Below the pieces are notes generated by a model. It saw only the letters and a list, made by a program, of their open reading frames with translations, did no database searches and was not told the DNA's origin. The position numbers were made by a program, and so were the translations under genes. Positions 9,403 through 18,985 of a DNA stretch of 64,000 nt are shown piece by piece (the stretch's first letter is position 1; every line of letters begins with the position of its first letter). Source of the stretch: an uncultured Rikenellaceae bacterium (lineage in GTDB: Bacteria; Bacteroidota; Bacteroidia; Bacteroidales; VadinHA17). The stretch is from positions 12,653-76,652 of the forward strand of contig CAZEYY010000001.1 in assembly GCA_964516485.1 (NCBI GenBank), given 5' to 3'.

Positions 9403-11523
9403 ATGTGTTTTAGTTGCAAGTATCTCTTTTGCCTAACCTTAGTTTTTTATTTACCTTTTACTTCCTGTACCGATTCAGTATATAACAAAATAGACAGGGA
9501 AAAAGTTGTCAGACGGCATAATATTGAAACGACTTTAAGTAATCCTAAAAGCCCTGCACAGGTTGGAAATGGCGAATTCGCCTTCGGAGCCGATATTACA
9601 GGTCTGCAAACCTTTGTGCCTTTCAATACCATGGCTCACTGGGCCTGGCACAGTTTTCCGCTTCCGGAAGGAAAGAAACCAGATGATTTTAAAGGAGCTG
9701 CCTATAATAACCATGGAAAAAATATCATGTATCCGGTACCAGATCCGGAGCAGCCGGAACTCTCTGAATGGCTGGCCGGCAATCCTCATGCTTTCAACCT
9801 CGGAAGGATAGGCTTTGTTCTTAGCAAGTCAGACGGATCAATGGCAGCTGTTGATGACCTGACAAATACAAAGCAGGTGACTGATCTCTGGAATGGGATC
9901 ATAATAAGCACATTTGAGCTTGAAGGGAAGAGTACCGAGGTAATTACCTCCTGCCATCCGGAGCTTGATGCTCTCGGAGTCAGTGTGAAGTCAGACCTGA
10001 TAAGCACAGGTCAGCTTAAGGTATTCTTTGATTTTCCTTATGCTGACGGGAAAAATATGGAGATGTATCTGGGTGATTATGGGAAGCAGGATGCGCATTC
10101 ATCTTTGATAGAGGAAAGAACGGGATCTTCTGTTTCTGTTAAAAGAAAGATGGATGATGCAGAATATCATGTAAGTATAAACTGGCAAAACAGTGCAGAG
10201 TTTCTGTCTGGGGACACAATATCATCAGAGCACCGCTTTTACCTGGTCCCTTCCGGTGGTAGGGAACTTAAGTTTTCCGCTGTATTCAGTAGTGATAAGG
10301 CAGGTTCAGGCCTGTCAGCTGATGAAATTGTATCCCAGAGCAAACAGGCATGGCCACTTTTCTGGAAATCAGGCGCGTCAATCGATCTTTCCGGGAGCAG
10401 CGATCCCCGCTGGATGGAGCTGGAGAGACGCATCGTGCTTTCACAGTACCTTATGAAAGTCAATGAGGCAGGATCGTTGCCTCCACAGGAATCCGGGCTT
10501 GTTAACAACGGATGGTTTGGACGCTTCCACTTCGAGATGATCTCGTGGCATTACGTTCATTATGCTCTCTGGAACAGGTGGGATCAGATTGAAAAAAGCC
10601 TTCAGGTTTACGGGAATTACCTGGAAACTTCAAAACAAAGAGCTGAAAAACAGGGGTATAAGGGAGCCAGGTGGCCCAAATGTACAGGTGATACTGACCG
10701 TGAATGGCCTCATATAATCCATGCAATGCTTATCTGGCAGCAGCCTCATCCCATCTATTTTGCAGAGCTTGATTATCGTCTTCATCCTTCAGCCGTTACA
10801 ATTGAAAAATGGAAGGATATAGTGTTTGAGACTGCTGATTTCATGGCAGATTATGCTTTCCTCGACAGCACAGGCAATCGTTATGTTCTTGGTCCTCCGG
10901 TTTATATCGTATCCGAAAACACTGACCCTCTGACAACAATCAATCCTGCCTTTGAACTCGGATACTGGCGTTACGGGCTCCGCACTGCCCAGGAATGGCG
11001 GGAGAGGGCAGGTCTGGCAAGGGACAAGAAATGGGATGATGTGCTTGTAGGACTTTCTGATTTGCCCGTTCAGGATGGACTCTACGTTACTCATGAAGGG
11101 ATTGACAGTATGTGGACAAAATTCAATTTTGAGCATCCGGCTCTTACAGGTGTTTTCGGGATGCTGCCCGGTGATGGTGTCGATACTTCATGTTTCAGAA
11201 GGACTCTGGAAAAGGTTGCAGCAACATGGAATTTCAACAGGACCTGGGGCTGGGATTTTCCAATGATGGCCATGGCAGCTGCGCGCTCGGGAAATACTGA
11301 ACTCGCTATTGAGATGCTTTTGCACAAGTCGCCAGGTTTTCAGTTCGATGAGCACGGGCTTGCAACAGGCGGACCTTTCCCGTACTTCCCGTCAAACGGG
11401 GCTCTGTTGTCAGCTGTTGCAATGATGGCCGGCGGATGGGATGGATCACAAGGTCATGCTCCGGGATTCCCTTCTAACGGTAAATGGAAAGTAAAAGCTG
11501 AAGGCTTTAACAGGATACCTTAA
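9403..11523 (+). CDS. Secreted lipoprotein of unknown function, possibly an (alpha/alpha)6 glycoside-hydrolase-like enzyme
   Basis: Long ORF with a lipoprotein signal MCFSCKYLFCLTLVFYLPFTSC. The N-terminal beta-sandwich-like pattern (DLWNGIIISTFELEGKSTEVITS) followed by a Trp/His-rich helical region resembles GH65/GH95-like architectures. I cannot assign a family by eye. The track start at 9367 is GTG, and the ATG at 9403 is preferred. Confidence 0.6.
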   Translation: MCFSCKYLFCLTLVFYLPFTSCTDSVYNKIDREKVVRRHNIETTLSNPKSPAQVGNGEFAFGADITGLQTFVPFNTMAHWAWHSFPLPEGKKPDDFKGAAYNNHGKNIMYPVPDPEQPELSEWLAGNPHAFNLGRIGFVLSKSDGSMAAVDDLTNTKQVTDLWNGIIISTFELEGKSTEVITSCHPELDALGVSVKSDLISTGQLKVFFDFPYADGKNMEMYLGDYGKQDAHSSLIEERTGSSVSVKRKMDDAEYHVSINWQNSAEFLSGDTISSEHRFYLVPSGGRELKFSAVFSSDKAGSGLSADEIVSQSKQAWPLFWKSGASIDLSGSSDPRWMELERRIVLSQYLMKVNEAGSLPPQESGLVNNGWFGRFHFEMISWHYVHYALWNRWDQIEKSLQVYGNYLETSKQRAEKQGYKGARWPKCTGDTDREWPHIIHAMLIWQQPHPIYFAELDYRLHPSAVTIEKWKDIVFETADFMADYAFLDSTGNRYVLGPPVYIVSENTDPLTTINPAFELGYWRYGLRTAQEWRERAGLARDKKWDDVLVGLSDLPVQDGLYVTHEGIDSMWTKFNFEHPALTGVFGMLPGDGVDTSCFRRTLEKVAATWNFNRTWGWDFPMMAMAAARSGNTELAIEMLLHKSPGFQFDEHGLATGGPFPYFPSNGALLSAVAMMAGGWDGSQGHAPGFPSNGKWKVKAEGFNRIP

Positions 11524-11532
11524 AGATCAGTT

Positions 11533-14268
11533 TTATCTTTCCCAGCTGCATCCGCGCACTTCTGATCTTTCTGTTAAATCATTGTCAGGAACAACCAGAG
11601 CCACCCAGGGTTCTGAAGCATTAAGAGTTTTGCCCTGCCATTTTACAGTCGCTTTTTTACCGGCAGTAAGGGAAATTTTCCTTTCACTGCTTTTTATGTT
11701 CAGGTTACTGCTTCGTAGGTTAAGTGTATGATTGCCAGTGCCCTGTATTGTTGCAGTGATTGTTACTGTTCCATTTGGCGAAGTCGTTTCAGTCAAATCA
11801 ACTGTTAAATCTTTCACAGTTGCTTCAGCTTCAACAGGCTTCTGAAAAGCGCCTGTAAGGTCGCGCATAAGACCCAGCCACTGGTTAACAGGATGTATCC
11901 ATATCTCCTTGTAGGTCCAGTTGTTTTGGACAGGCCAGTATGGAATATCAGCATCACCTTTTGTCTGTATACCAACAGGGAGGCCTCCAACAATGTCTCC
12001 GGATGAGGGTGTGTAAAGCGGAGGAAAATCATAGCCTTCGCCATACATATTGCTTTGTGAGAATGGATTCAGTCCCATTACCCATTCCATCTGCCTTAGC
12101 GATAGTGCAAGGCATTCATTGTCGCCGCGAAGCCTTGCAGCATAGTTAAGGGCCTGAGCCTGAGGTAATATAGTTCCGAAATGACCCCTGTAATCCATCC
12201 ATACCGGGAAGATCCTCAGGTAATTGCCCTTTCCAAGCGGTATGCCGTTAAGTACCTGCTGGCGGAATGATTCCTTTCTTGTCTCGGGTACCTGCAGATA
12301 ATCCTTGTCATTGTAAATGGAAGAAGGCATTACCCTGTAGGGTGCTGTATATTCTGAAAATGTTTTAAGGAATTCAGAATGAAGAACAACTGCCGAATAC
12401 CATTTCATATAGTCAGGGTGTTCCGGAAACTCCTCGCAAAGAGAAACAAGAGCTGCTATCGGTTCCTGTTCCCTTCCGTTATGACAATAGTGAAGAACAT
12501 ATTTTTTTGAAGGACCGGTATAAAAGAAGCCGGTAAGAGGAACATCCATCGCAGGCCTGCTACGTTGTTGTGATGCAACAATTATCTCAGCCAGTTCAAC
12601 AGCTTTATCCCTGTAAATAGCCTTTCCTGTTGCCTTCCATAATTCAACTGATGCAGCGATTCCTGCAGAGGCTATTTCGTGCAATACTTCACCTGAGTCG
12701 AATGACACTCCCCATACTGCTGTTGAATCATTTTCCCTTGTAACTATCATCTTTTCAACAGCAAAGTTCCAGTCCGATTCTGCCATCCTGAGAGAGTAAT
12801 TCGCAATCCGCGGATCCCTGTCCTTCAGAAGCCTGTAGGCTATTGCTTCAACTGAGGAAGCCTGAAAATTGGCTTTGGGACTGTTTTTTGCCACAGAGGT
12901 GACATCATCATAGTCGCCTATTATTCCATTGGTGCGCCTGCTGTTAACCGATCCTTCATTACGGTAACCGTCTCCGAAACTTGTTTTAAGTATCCAGTCA
13001 AGACCCCATTGTGCTTCCTCCATCAGTCGTTCATAAAGCTTCGGATTAATGCCTTTTTTATTCAGTTCCTCTGCCAGGGCAAACATGGCATAAGCTCCTT
13101 CACCGGTATTCCTCAGACCCTGAGTCAGATCGCCGGCATCATGCCAGCCGCCGTTTATTACTATCCTCTTATCATCGTGGATGCTTGTCCAGTCGCGGTG
13201 ACAAACCCCATGAATTCCGGGAATAGTCATCCCACAGCGTTCAACATAGTAGAAGTTTAAAGCTTTCCAGACCGATTCCTCCCATACTGAAGGATCGATA
13301 CGGAAAGGTTTGGTGACCATACCGCCTGTTTCTATCCGGTAAGAACCTGTCTGGTTCAGCTCTGAGAAGTCCAGCACCTTAAATGTTCCGAGCCTGCCGG
13401 TGACTGTAGTGACTGCTTTTGTAAGTACTGTTTTCCCTGATTTTTCATCGACAATCCGGAACTCAGCTGCATCAGATTTGCTGAGAATTGCAGTTTTCGG
13501 AGCGTATGGAAGATACCCTGTATGGCTATAGGCTATCCTTCCTTCCCATACCGGCCAGCCTTCAACATAATCCGGTTCTACCTGCTCAAGTGCCAGGTCG
13601 TCGAAATAAAATGTTGTTGAGTCGCAGGCTTCCGGTTCATGGCCTGCAATTCCTGATGTAATTTCAACCCGGGTTATTTTGTCACGGGCTACATTGCCTA
13701 TCTCCCATACAATATGGTTCCATTTGTTATTTTCAAGATTGAAGATTGATTCACCTTCCTGACCAAAAAGAGCAGGCAGTTTTTCAATACCGTCGTTATA
13801 TACTTTTATTACAACATCTTTCATGTATGATCCGGGATTGTCAGAGTATATCCATACAGATATCCTGTTGAATTTTGTCCAGTCCTCGTCGGGTACTGCA
13901 AACTGAATTTCTGCAGTGCCCCAGCCACGTCCGCTTTTTGGCGCCGGGATATCAAACTTTGCCGGAAATTTCATCATAAGGGATTTACTCCCGGTATGTG
14001 ATCTCTTTCCGGTATTACTTATTGAGACATAGTTCATCCTGGCTTCCTCTTTTTTTGCAGTAAAGCGGGAATCGGCAAGACCGATGGCGCCTCCTGTTGA
14101 TGAGGTCCACTTGAGGTTGTTTTCCATGTTGTCGAGTATCCTTGAGGCAATTACCGGTTTTTCAAGCCATCGCTGCCAGGCAGAGTTTTCTTCGTTTATC
14201 ACCATGGGTGCCTGGGAAGCGACTTTCATTACAAGAAGCAATAATGCAGGAAAAAGGATCTTTTTCAT
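11533..14268 (-). CDS. Glycoside hydrolase family 9-like enzyme with N-terminal accessory domain and Ig-like domain
   Basis: GH9 signature INGGWHDAGD preceded by a CelD_N-like Ig domain (FRIVDEKSGKTVL...GSYRIE). A C-terminal TYKEIWIHPVN segment is a candidate catalytic acid region. Signal peptide MKKILFPALLLLVMKVASQ. The track start at 14343 is TTG. Confidence 0.8.
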   Translation of the reverse strand: MKKILFPALLLLVMKVASQAPMVINEENSAWQRWLEKPVIASRILDNMENNLKWTSSTGGAIGLADSRFTAKKEEARMNYVSISNTGKRSHTGSKSLMMKFPAKFDIPAPKSGRGWGTAEIQFAVPDEDWTKFNRISVWIYSDNPGSYMKDVVIKVYNDGIEKLPALFGQEGESIFNLENNKWNHIVWEIGNVARDKITRVEITSGIAGHEPEACDSTTFYFDDLALEQVEPDYVEGWPVWEGRIAYSHTGYLPYAPKTAILSKSDAAEFRIVDEKSGKTVLTKAVTTVTGRLGTFKVLDFSELNQTGSYRIETGGMVTKPFRIDPSVWEESVWKALNFYYVERCGMTIPGIHGVCHRDWTSIHDDKRIVINGGWHDAGDLTQGLRNTGEGAYAMFALAEELNKKGINPKLYERLMEEAQWGLDWILKTSFGDGYRNEGSVNSRRTNGIIGDYDDVTSVAKNSPKANFQASSVEAIAYRLLKDRDPRIANYSLRMAESDWNFAVEKMIVTRENDSTAVWGVSFDSGEVLHEIASAGIAASVELWKATGKAIYRDKAVELAEIIVASQQRSRPAMDVPLTGFFYTGPSKKYVLHYCHNGREQEPIAALVSLCEEFPEHPDYMKWYSAVVLHSEFLKTFSEYTAPYRVMPSSIYNDKDYLQVPETRKESFRQQVLNGIPLGKGNYLRIFPVWMDYRGHFGTILPQAQALNYAARLRGDNECLALSLRQMEWVMGLNPFSQSNMYGEGYDFPPLYTPSSGDIVGGLPVGIQTKGDADIPYWPVQNNWTYKEIWIHPVNQWLGLMRDLTGAFQKPVEAEATVKDLTVDLTETTSPNGTVTITATIQGTGNHTLNLRSSNLNIKSSERKISLTAGKKATVKWQGKTLNASEPWVALVVPDNDLTERSEVRGCSWER

Positions 14269-14356
14269 GAGATTGAATAGTTTATGGACTTCAATAATAA
14301 AGTTCTGAAAAAAAAAGAAAGCGGGAGAGGTCTTCCTGTACAAAAAATGTTAAAAG

Positions 14357-15661
14357 TCAGAATCTGAACTGAGCTCTTATTGTAAATGTGTCATCCTTCA
14401 GGTCAGAGGAATACCCCGTCAAAGCTGATTTTTCATTCACAGGGTGATCATAGTAAAGAACAAATTTCAGGTTATCATTCATATAATAAACGTAACCTGC
14501 TCCAAAAGTATCATATCTCAGATCTGCCGGCCCGAAAAAATCAGCAGTAAAAAGTTCATTTCCGTCAACCTTGCTGTTGGCATCATACCAGTCGTATTTC
14601 AATACCACCTGGTGTTTTTTCAGGAAGGTCTGCAGGAAGTAAAAATATGCCCCGTTAAATGACCTGACAAATACAGGTTCCGGTTTTGACATGCTGTTTA
14701 CAGGCAGTACGCCGGGAGTAACTGAGGTGCTGTAAGTAGCTGACTGAGTGCCATTAATTATTTCAGCCCTTAACTCTGTTCTGCCAAAAGCATTGTCCCA
14801 GGCCAGCTGTAAATCAGCCCCGTAATATATTCTTGGGGATTTGCTGTTAACATTTGAAGCTGAAGTGTCAGTAACAAAAGCTGCATTCCCGGTTGTACCG
14901 GTACCTGCCCTGAAAAAAACATCTGACCCGTTGGCAAAGCCGCCATTCAGATATGACAGACCTCCTGATACATAAAAATCTGATGCAATTTTTGTTCTTC
15001 TTAGTGATATCCTTCCTATGAAATCCTTATATGAATCAAACTCACCGGTTCCGGTTAATCCCTGTCCGTTGAACAGTCCTGCATCAATTTTCAGAGGATA
15101 GAATTTATTCGTTTTATCCTGAGGTTCAAATGACAGCATAGCTCCCATGTCCCTTTCAGTGTTCATCAGTATCTGTGACATCCTTCCCCGTTCCGGGCTT
15201 TCACGCAGAGAAGAGGAATAGTTCAGCTCATAGCCGAATGGCCTGTTGAATACACCTGCAGTGGCAACAAAGCAGTTCCATTTATTCTCATAGATGCGGC
15301 CAAACATATCCCTTATATTAACACCTCTTTCAGTGCCATCGAACTGAAGGGCAAAATTATACCTGTAAAAGCCGGCATCTGTCCTGCGTTCATAATCAAG
15401 CCTGAACCGGCCCCTCCTTATCCTGAACCTTTCATCTGAAAGAGGTGCAAATGACCCTCCGTTATAACTTGTAATTCCTGCTGAAGCGGCTTTCTGATAC
15501 TGAACCTGGAGATATCCTGTAAATGAAAGACTCTGAAATTTGTTTTTCATTATGTAGAGTTCCTTGACAAAGGAAGTATCCTGGATCCATAAAGGCTCCA
15601 CCTGGGCAAATATTTCAGCAGAAGCAATCAGCATCATGCATAAGACCAGGACTTTTTTCAT
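14357..15661 (-). CDS. Outer membrane porin (phosphate-selective porin O/P-like beta-barrel)
   Basis: Signal peptide MKKVLVLCMMLIASAEIFAQ. Shows the alternating beta-strand pattern rich in G/Y/F/N and a C-terminal ...TIRAQFRF. Confidence 0.7.
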   Translation of the reverse strand: MKKVLVLCMMLIASAEIFAQVEPLWIQDTSFVKELYIMKNKFQSLSFTGYLQVQYQKAASAGITSYNGGSFAPLSDERFRIRRGRFRLDYERRTDAGFYRYNFALQFDGTERGVNIRDMFGRIYENKWNCFVATAGVFNRPFGYELNYSSSLRESPERGRMSQILMNTERDMGAMLSFEPQDKTNKFYPLKIDAGLFNGQGLTGTGEFDSYKDFIGRISLRRTKIASDFYVSGGLSYLNGGFANGSDVFFRAGTGTTGNAAFVTDTSASNVNSKSPRIYYGADLQLAWDNAFGRTELRAEIINGTQSATYSTSVTPGVLPVNSMSKPEPVFVRSFNGAYFYFLQTFLKKHQVVLKYDWYDANSKVDGNELFTADFFGPADLRYDTFGAGYVYYMNDNLKFVLYYDHPVNEKSALTGYSSDLKDDTFTIRAQFRF

Positions 15662-15867
15662 AGTCTGTAATTTAAGATTATAAATGCCGGAATAATCTAC
15701 ACCAAGATAAATACATATTAATAATGCTGCAAGATATAATAGTTTTTCGAGCATATTTTGTTGCAATCAGGCTCCAGATTGCTGTAAGGCATAGGAACAT
15801 ACCTGTATTTAAGAAAACATCTGAAAACAAATCAGGTCTATGAATAGAATCTATTTATATTTTATCA

Positions 15868-17097
15868 CTTAGTACATGACAAAAAACGCTAAAGCGCTGA
15901 TTGTTAATATGTTAATATATTTTGTTAATAAACATACGTTCTTTTATTGGTATAAAACCTTGATTATCAATATGTTGTAATTGTAGACCAATACAATATG
16001 CAACTATGAAAATCAAGGTTGAAAACAAAGTTACATTATTATCTGATACGTTGAAAGAGTTCTTTGGTGACAAAATGAACTTAGCTCGTATAAAGTTCTT
16101 TGGCTTATTTATCAGTGTGTTATGCAAGGTGCAGACTGTGTGCTTCGAAAAACTGGCTTGTGGGTTTGATGCCAATGTTAATGTGGAGTCCTCTCTTAGA
16201 AGGATACAGCGGTTTATTGCTGAGTACTCGCTTGACACGGACCTGGTTGCTAGATTTATATTTGCTCTTCTGCCACACGAACCACCATACAAACTTGTTT
16301 TGGACAGGACTAACTGGAAGTTCGGTACGAAGAACATCAACATCCTTACTCTAGGCATCGTATATAATGGAATAGCTTTCCCTATACTGTTCCATATAAT
16401 GCCTAAGTTCGGAAACTCAAGCATGCAGGAGAGGATAGACTTAATGGACCGCTTTGTCAGGCTGTTCGGATCCGGCAGTATAGGATGCCTGCTGGCCGGC
16501 AGGGAGTTTGTTGGGGACAAATGGCTGGAGTATCTTAACAAACTACACATTGAATATCATATTCGCATACGTGACAACTTCTGGTTCGAGAAACCTTCCA
16601 ACGGACGCAGGGCAAAGGCTTCGTGGTTGTTTAATAACCTCAAGATCAATGAATGTGCCTTTCATCACAAGATTGTCCGGGTCAATGGAGAACTCTGCTA
16701 TCTCTCTGCTTCGAGGATCATAAACAAGGAAAATGTTCCGGAACTGCAGATAATAGTGTCGTTCAATAAGCCCGACAAAGCTCAGGCACTTTACAAAGAA
16801 AGATGGCAGTTAGAATCTGCATTTAAAGCCCTGAAAACTAGTGGTTTTAATATTGAAGATACGCATCTGTCTGATATTGATAGGGTAAGTAAGTTATTGG
16901 CACTGGTATTAATTGCTTTTGCATGGGTGTACAGAGTAGGGATACATCTCGACACTCTCAAGCCCATCAAAATCAAAAAACATGGAAGAAGGGCTAAGAG
17001 CTTGTTCAAATATGGCCTTACTTATATCGCCAACTTGCTTTTTAGCAACGATATAGATAACTTTAACCAATGTTGTAAATTTTTGTCATGTACTTAG
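15868..17097 (+). mobile_element. IS4-family insertion sequence, apparently intact (1230 bp)
   Basis: The terminal inverted repeats cttagtacatgacaaaaa (15868-15885) and tttttgtcatgtacttag (17080-17097) match at 17 of 18 positions. Perfect 9-bp direct repeats attttatca flank the element at 15859-15867 and 17098-17106. It carries a single transposase ORF. Confidence 0.88.
16006..17097 (+). CDS. IS4-family DDE transposase
   Basis: DDE_Tnp_1-like. LVLDRTNWKFG carries the first Asp, AGREFVGDKW the second Asp region, and YKERWQLESAFKALKTSGFNIEDTHL is the Y-x2-R-x3-E-x6-K block. The stop codon lies inside the right IR. Confidence 0.9.
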   Translation: MKIKVENKVTLLSDTLKEFFGDKMNLARIKFFGLFISVLCKVQTVCFEKLACGFDANVNVESSLRRIQRFIAEYSLDTDLVARFIFALLPHEPPYKLVLDRTNWKFGTKNINILTLGIVYNGIAFPILFHIMPKFGNSSMQERIDLMDRFVRLFGSGSIGCLLAGREFVGDKWLEYLNKLHIEYHIRIRDNFWFEKPSNGRRAKASWLFNNLKINECAFHHKIVRVNGELCYLSASRIINKENVPELQIIVSFNKPDKAQALYKERWQLESAFKALKTSGFNIEDTHLSDIDRVSKLLALVLIAFAWVYRVGIHLDTLKPIKIKKHGRRAKSLFKYGLTYIANLLFSNDIDNFNQCCKFLSCT

Positions 17098-17397
17098 ATT
17101 TTATCAATAAAATATGTTTAGAAGTTAACAAGATTGATTGTTGTAAAAGCCAGACAATAAGTATATTATATTTAGAATGAATATAAATTACAGAGTTTTT
17201 GAAATAAATATATATTAATGGTGTCACATTTGAGGCGTTTTTGACATGTATATAAAATAGGTATCAAAAGGTTGAGGCAAGTGCACAATGTCTAGCTGCT
17301 GCTTCAAACTTTCAGAGCCCCAGCCATGTCAGAAAAACCTACCAGGATAGATAGACAACTTAAATAAAGATCAGATACTGCTGCTAATTGCTTTCTA

Positions 17398-18057
17398 ATG
17401 AAAACATACTTCAATTATATACTTCTCTTGCATTCATTACTTTTATTCAATGGACGCAGGAGAAACATCATCAAATCAAAAATCTGTCTGACTATAATCA
17501 GCATCTTTTTATGTCCTGAGCCAATCTTATCACAGGATATAGTAAAAAAAGAGAGTCTGACTTATAATAGAAATCAGATTGGTATTCTGTTCAATCCATT
17601 CATAAATGAAGGATTCTTCAGGCCCAGAGGGCTTGGGGTGATAAATATTGTTTCTTCCGTAAGATACGGGTACAGGATTACTAAAAATATTACCACAGGG
17701 ATTGAAATTTCCTGTGATTTTCCCATTCGTACAAATTCAGGTCAGGATTTTCGCTATTTCAATTATTTTGGATATAAAACAGGAATGTATTCCAGATATT
17801 TATTTCCGGCCCATAGCAGATTTCAGATATATGCTGAAGCTTCTCCTTATTTTTATCATTACTGGAGGGAAACAATTTCAACATCAAGCATGACTCCATA
17901 CCGGAAAGACAAATTCGGATACTATGTTGCACCAGGTTTAACCTTTTACACAAAGAGTAAAAAAGTCAGTTTTGATCTGTACTACAAATTCTCAAACATC
18001 ATGTTTTTAAATGGCAAGAGATCAGTTCTTTCATATAAAGTCAATTTTATTTTCTGA
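17398..18057 (+). CDS. Hypothetical outer-membrane beta-barrel-like protein
   Basis: Hydrophobic N-terminus and Y/F/G/R-rich alternating strands. The C-terminal ...SYKVNFIF carries a terminal aromatic typical of OMPs. No family motif was recognised. Confidence 0.45.
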   Translation: MKTYFNYILLLHSLLLFNGRRRNIIKSKICLTIISIFLCPEPILSQDIVKKESLTYNRNQIGILFNPFINEGFFRPRGLGVINIVSSVRYGYRITKNITTGIEISCDFPIRTNSGQDFRYFNYFGYKTGMYSRYLFPAHSRFQIYAEASPYFYHYWRETISTSSMTPYRKDKFGYYVAPGLTFYTKSKKVSFDLYYKFSNIMFLNGKRSVLSYKVNFIF

Positions 18058-18091
18058 TTCCAAAGACATTAAAATTAAAGTGACTTAATAA

Positions 18092-18976
18092 ATGAAACAT
18101 TCTATCCTCCTTTACCTGATTGTGATATTAATGGCTTCCTGCAGGGAACTTGTGACGGATAAATTTCAAGAATTCCCGGCAAAACCAACAATAAATAGTA
18201 TTCTGATTAAAGACAGTACAATAAAAGTACAGGTCTCACTCGCAGGGAAACTTGATACCAGCAAGCTTGCTTTAATTGATAATGCTGATGTCTCACTTTA
18301 TGTTGATGGTATATATAAGGAGACTCTGACTCTCCTTGATAAAGGATTGTATTCATCGTCAGTAGTTGTTGAACCACTTAAATCATATAAATGTGAAGTT
18401 TACATCCCCGGCTATGAATTAGCTTCAGGCAGCGATTCAATACCTGTACCTGCTTCTCTCTCTGATATAATTCATATTGACATTGCAGGAAAGGATGAAG
18501 AGGCGATGACTTATCCTGCCGTTAAATTCACTTTTTCAAATGATCCATCAGTAAAACAATATTATGAAGTAGTTATCAGGCTTATACGCCACAGATACGA
18601 AAGTGTCGCTTCCCTTGAAACAATTATTGATCCGGTTCTGCTGAATGAAGGTCTGCCAATGGCGCTGTTCAGCAATGAATCAATCAAGGGTACATGTTAT
18701 ACCATGACAATTAACTATTTCACCGGTTCTGCAGGGAGTTCTAATGGAGAACCGTTGAGGACTACCCTGTATCCGGTAATACTTGAATTGCGTTCAGTCA
18801 GCTTCAATTATTACCAGTTTGTAAAACAGAAATTTTTGTATGAAAAAGGCCGTTATCCCGAGTTTATGGCTGCTTCAACAATTGCTTTCCCGCTATACTC
18901 AAATATTATGGATGGTTATGGCATATTTGCAGGATACAGTTCAATTAAATCCGATACTATTTTTCCTGGTAATTAA
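18092..18976 (+). CDS. DUF4249-like lipoprotein
   Basis: Lipobox ILMASC. The roughly 290-aa size and its position directly before a CarboxypepD_reg-type TonB-dependent receptor fit the family. The C-terminal MDGYGIFAGYS motif is shared with the fragment at 2-268. Confidence 0.7.
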   Translation: MKHSILLYLIVILMASCRELVTDKFQEFPAKPTINSILIKDSTIKVQVSLAGKLDTSKLALIDNADVSLYVDGIYKETLTLLDKGLYSSSVVVEPLKSYKCEVYIPGYELASGSDSIPVPASLSDIIHIDIAGKDEEAMTYPAVKFTFSNDPSVKQYYEVVIRLIRHRYESVASLETIIDPVLLNEGLPMALFSNESIKGTCYTMTINYFTGSAGSSNGEPLRTTLYPVILELRSVSFNYYQFVKQKFLYEKGRYPEFMAASTIAFPLYSNIMDGYGIFAGYSSIKSDTIFPGN

Positions 18977-18985
18977 TAAGTTCAC

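Noticed and set aside
15912-16550. 212-aa ORF on the minus strand inside the IS element
   Set aside because: It is fully antisense to the well-supported IS4 transposase gene, has a low-complexity, Ser/Leu/Asn-rich composition, and carries no motif. It is a typical shadow ORF.
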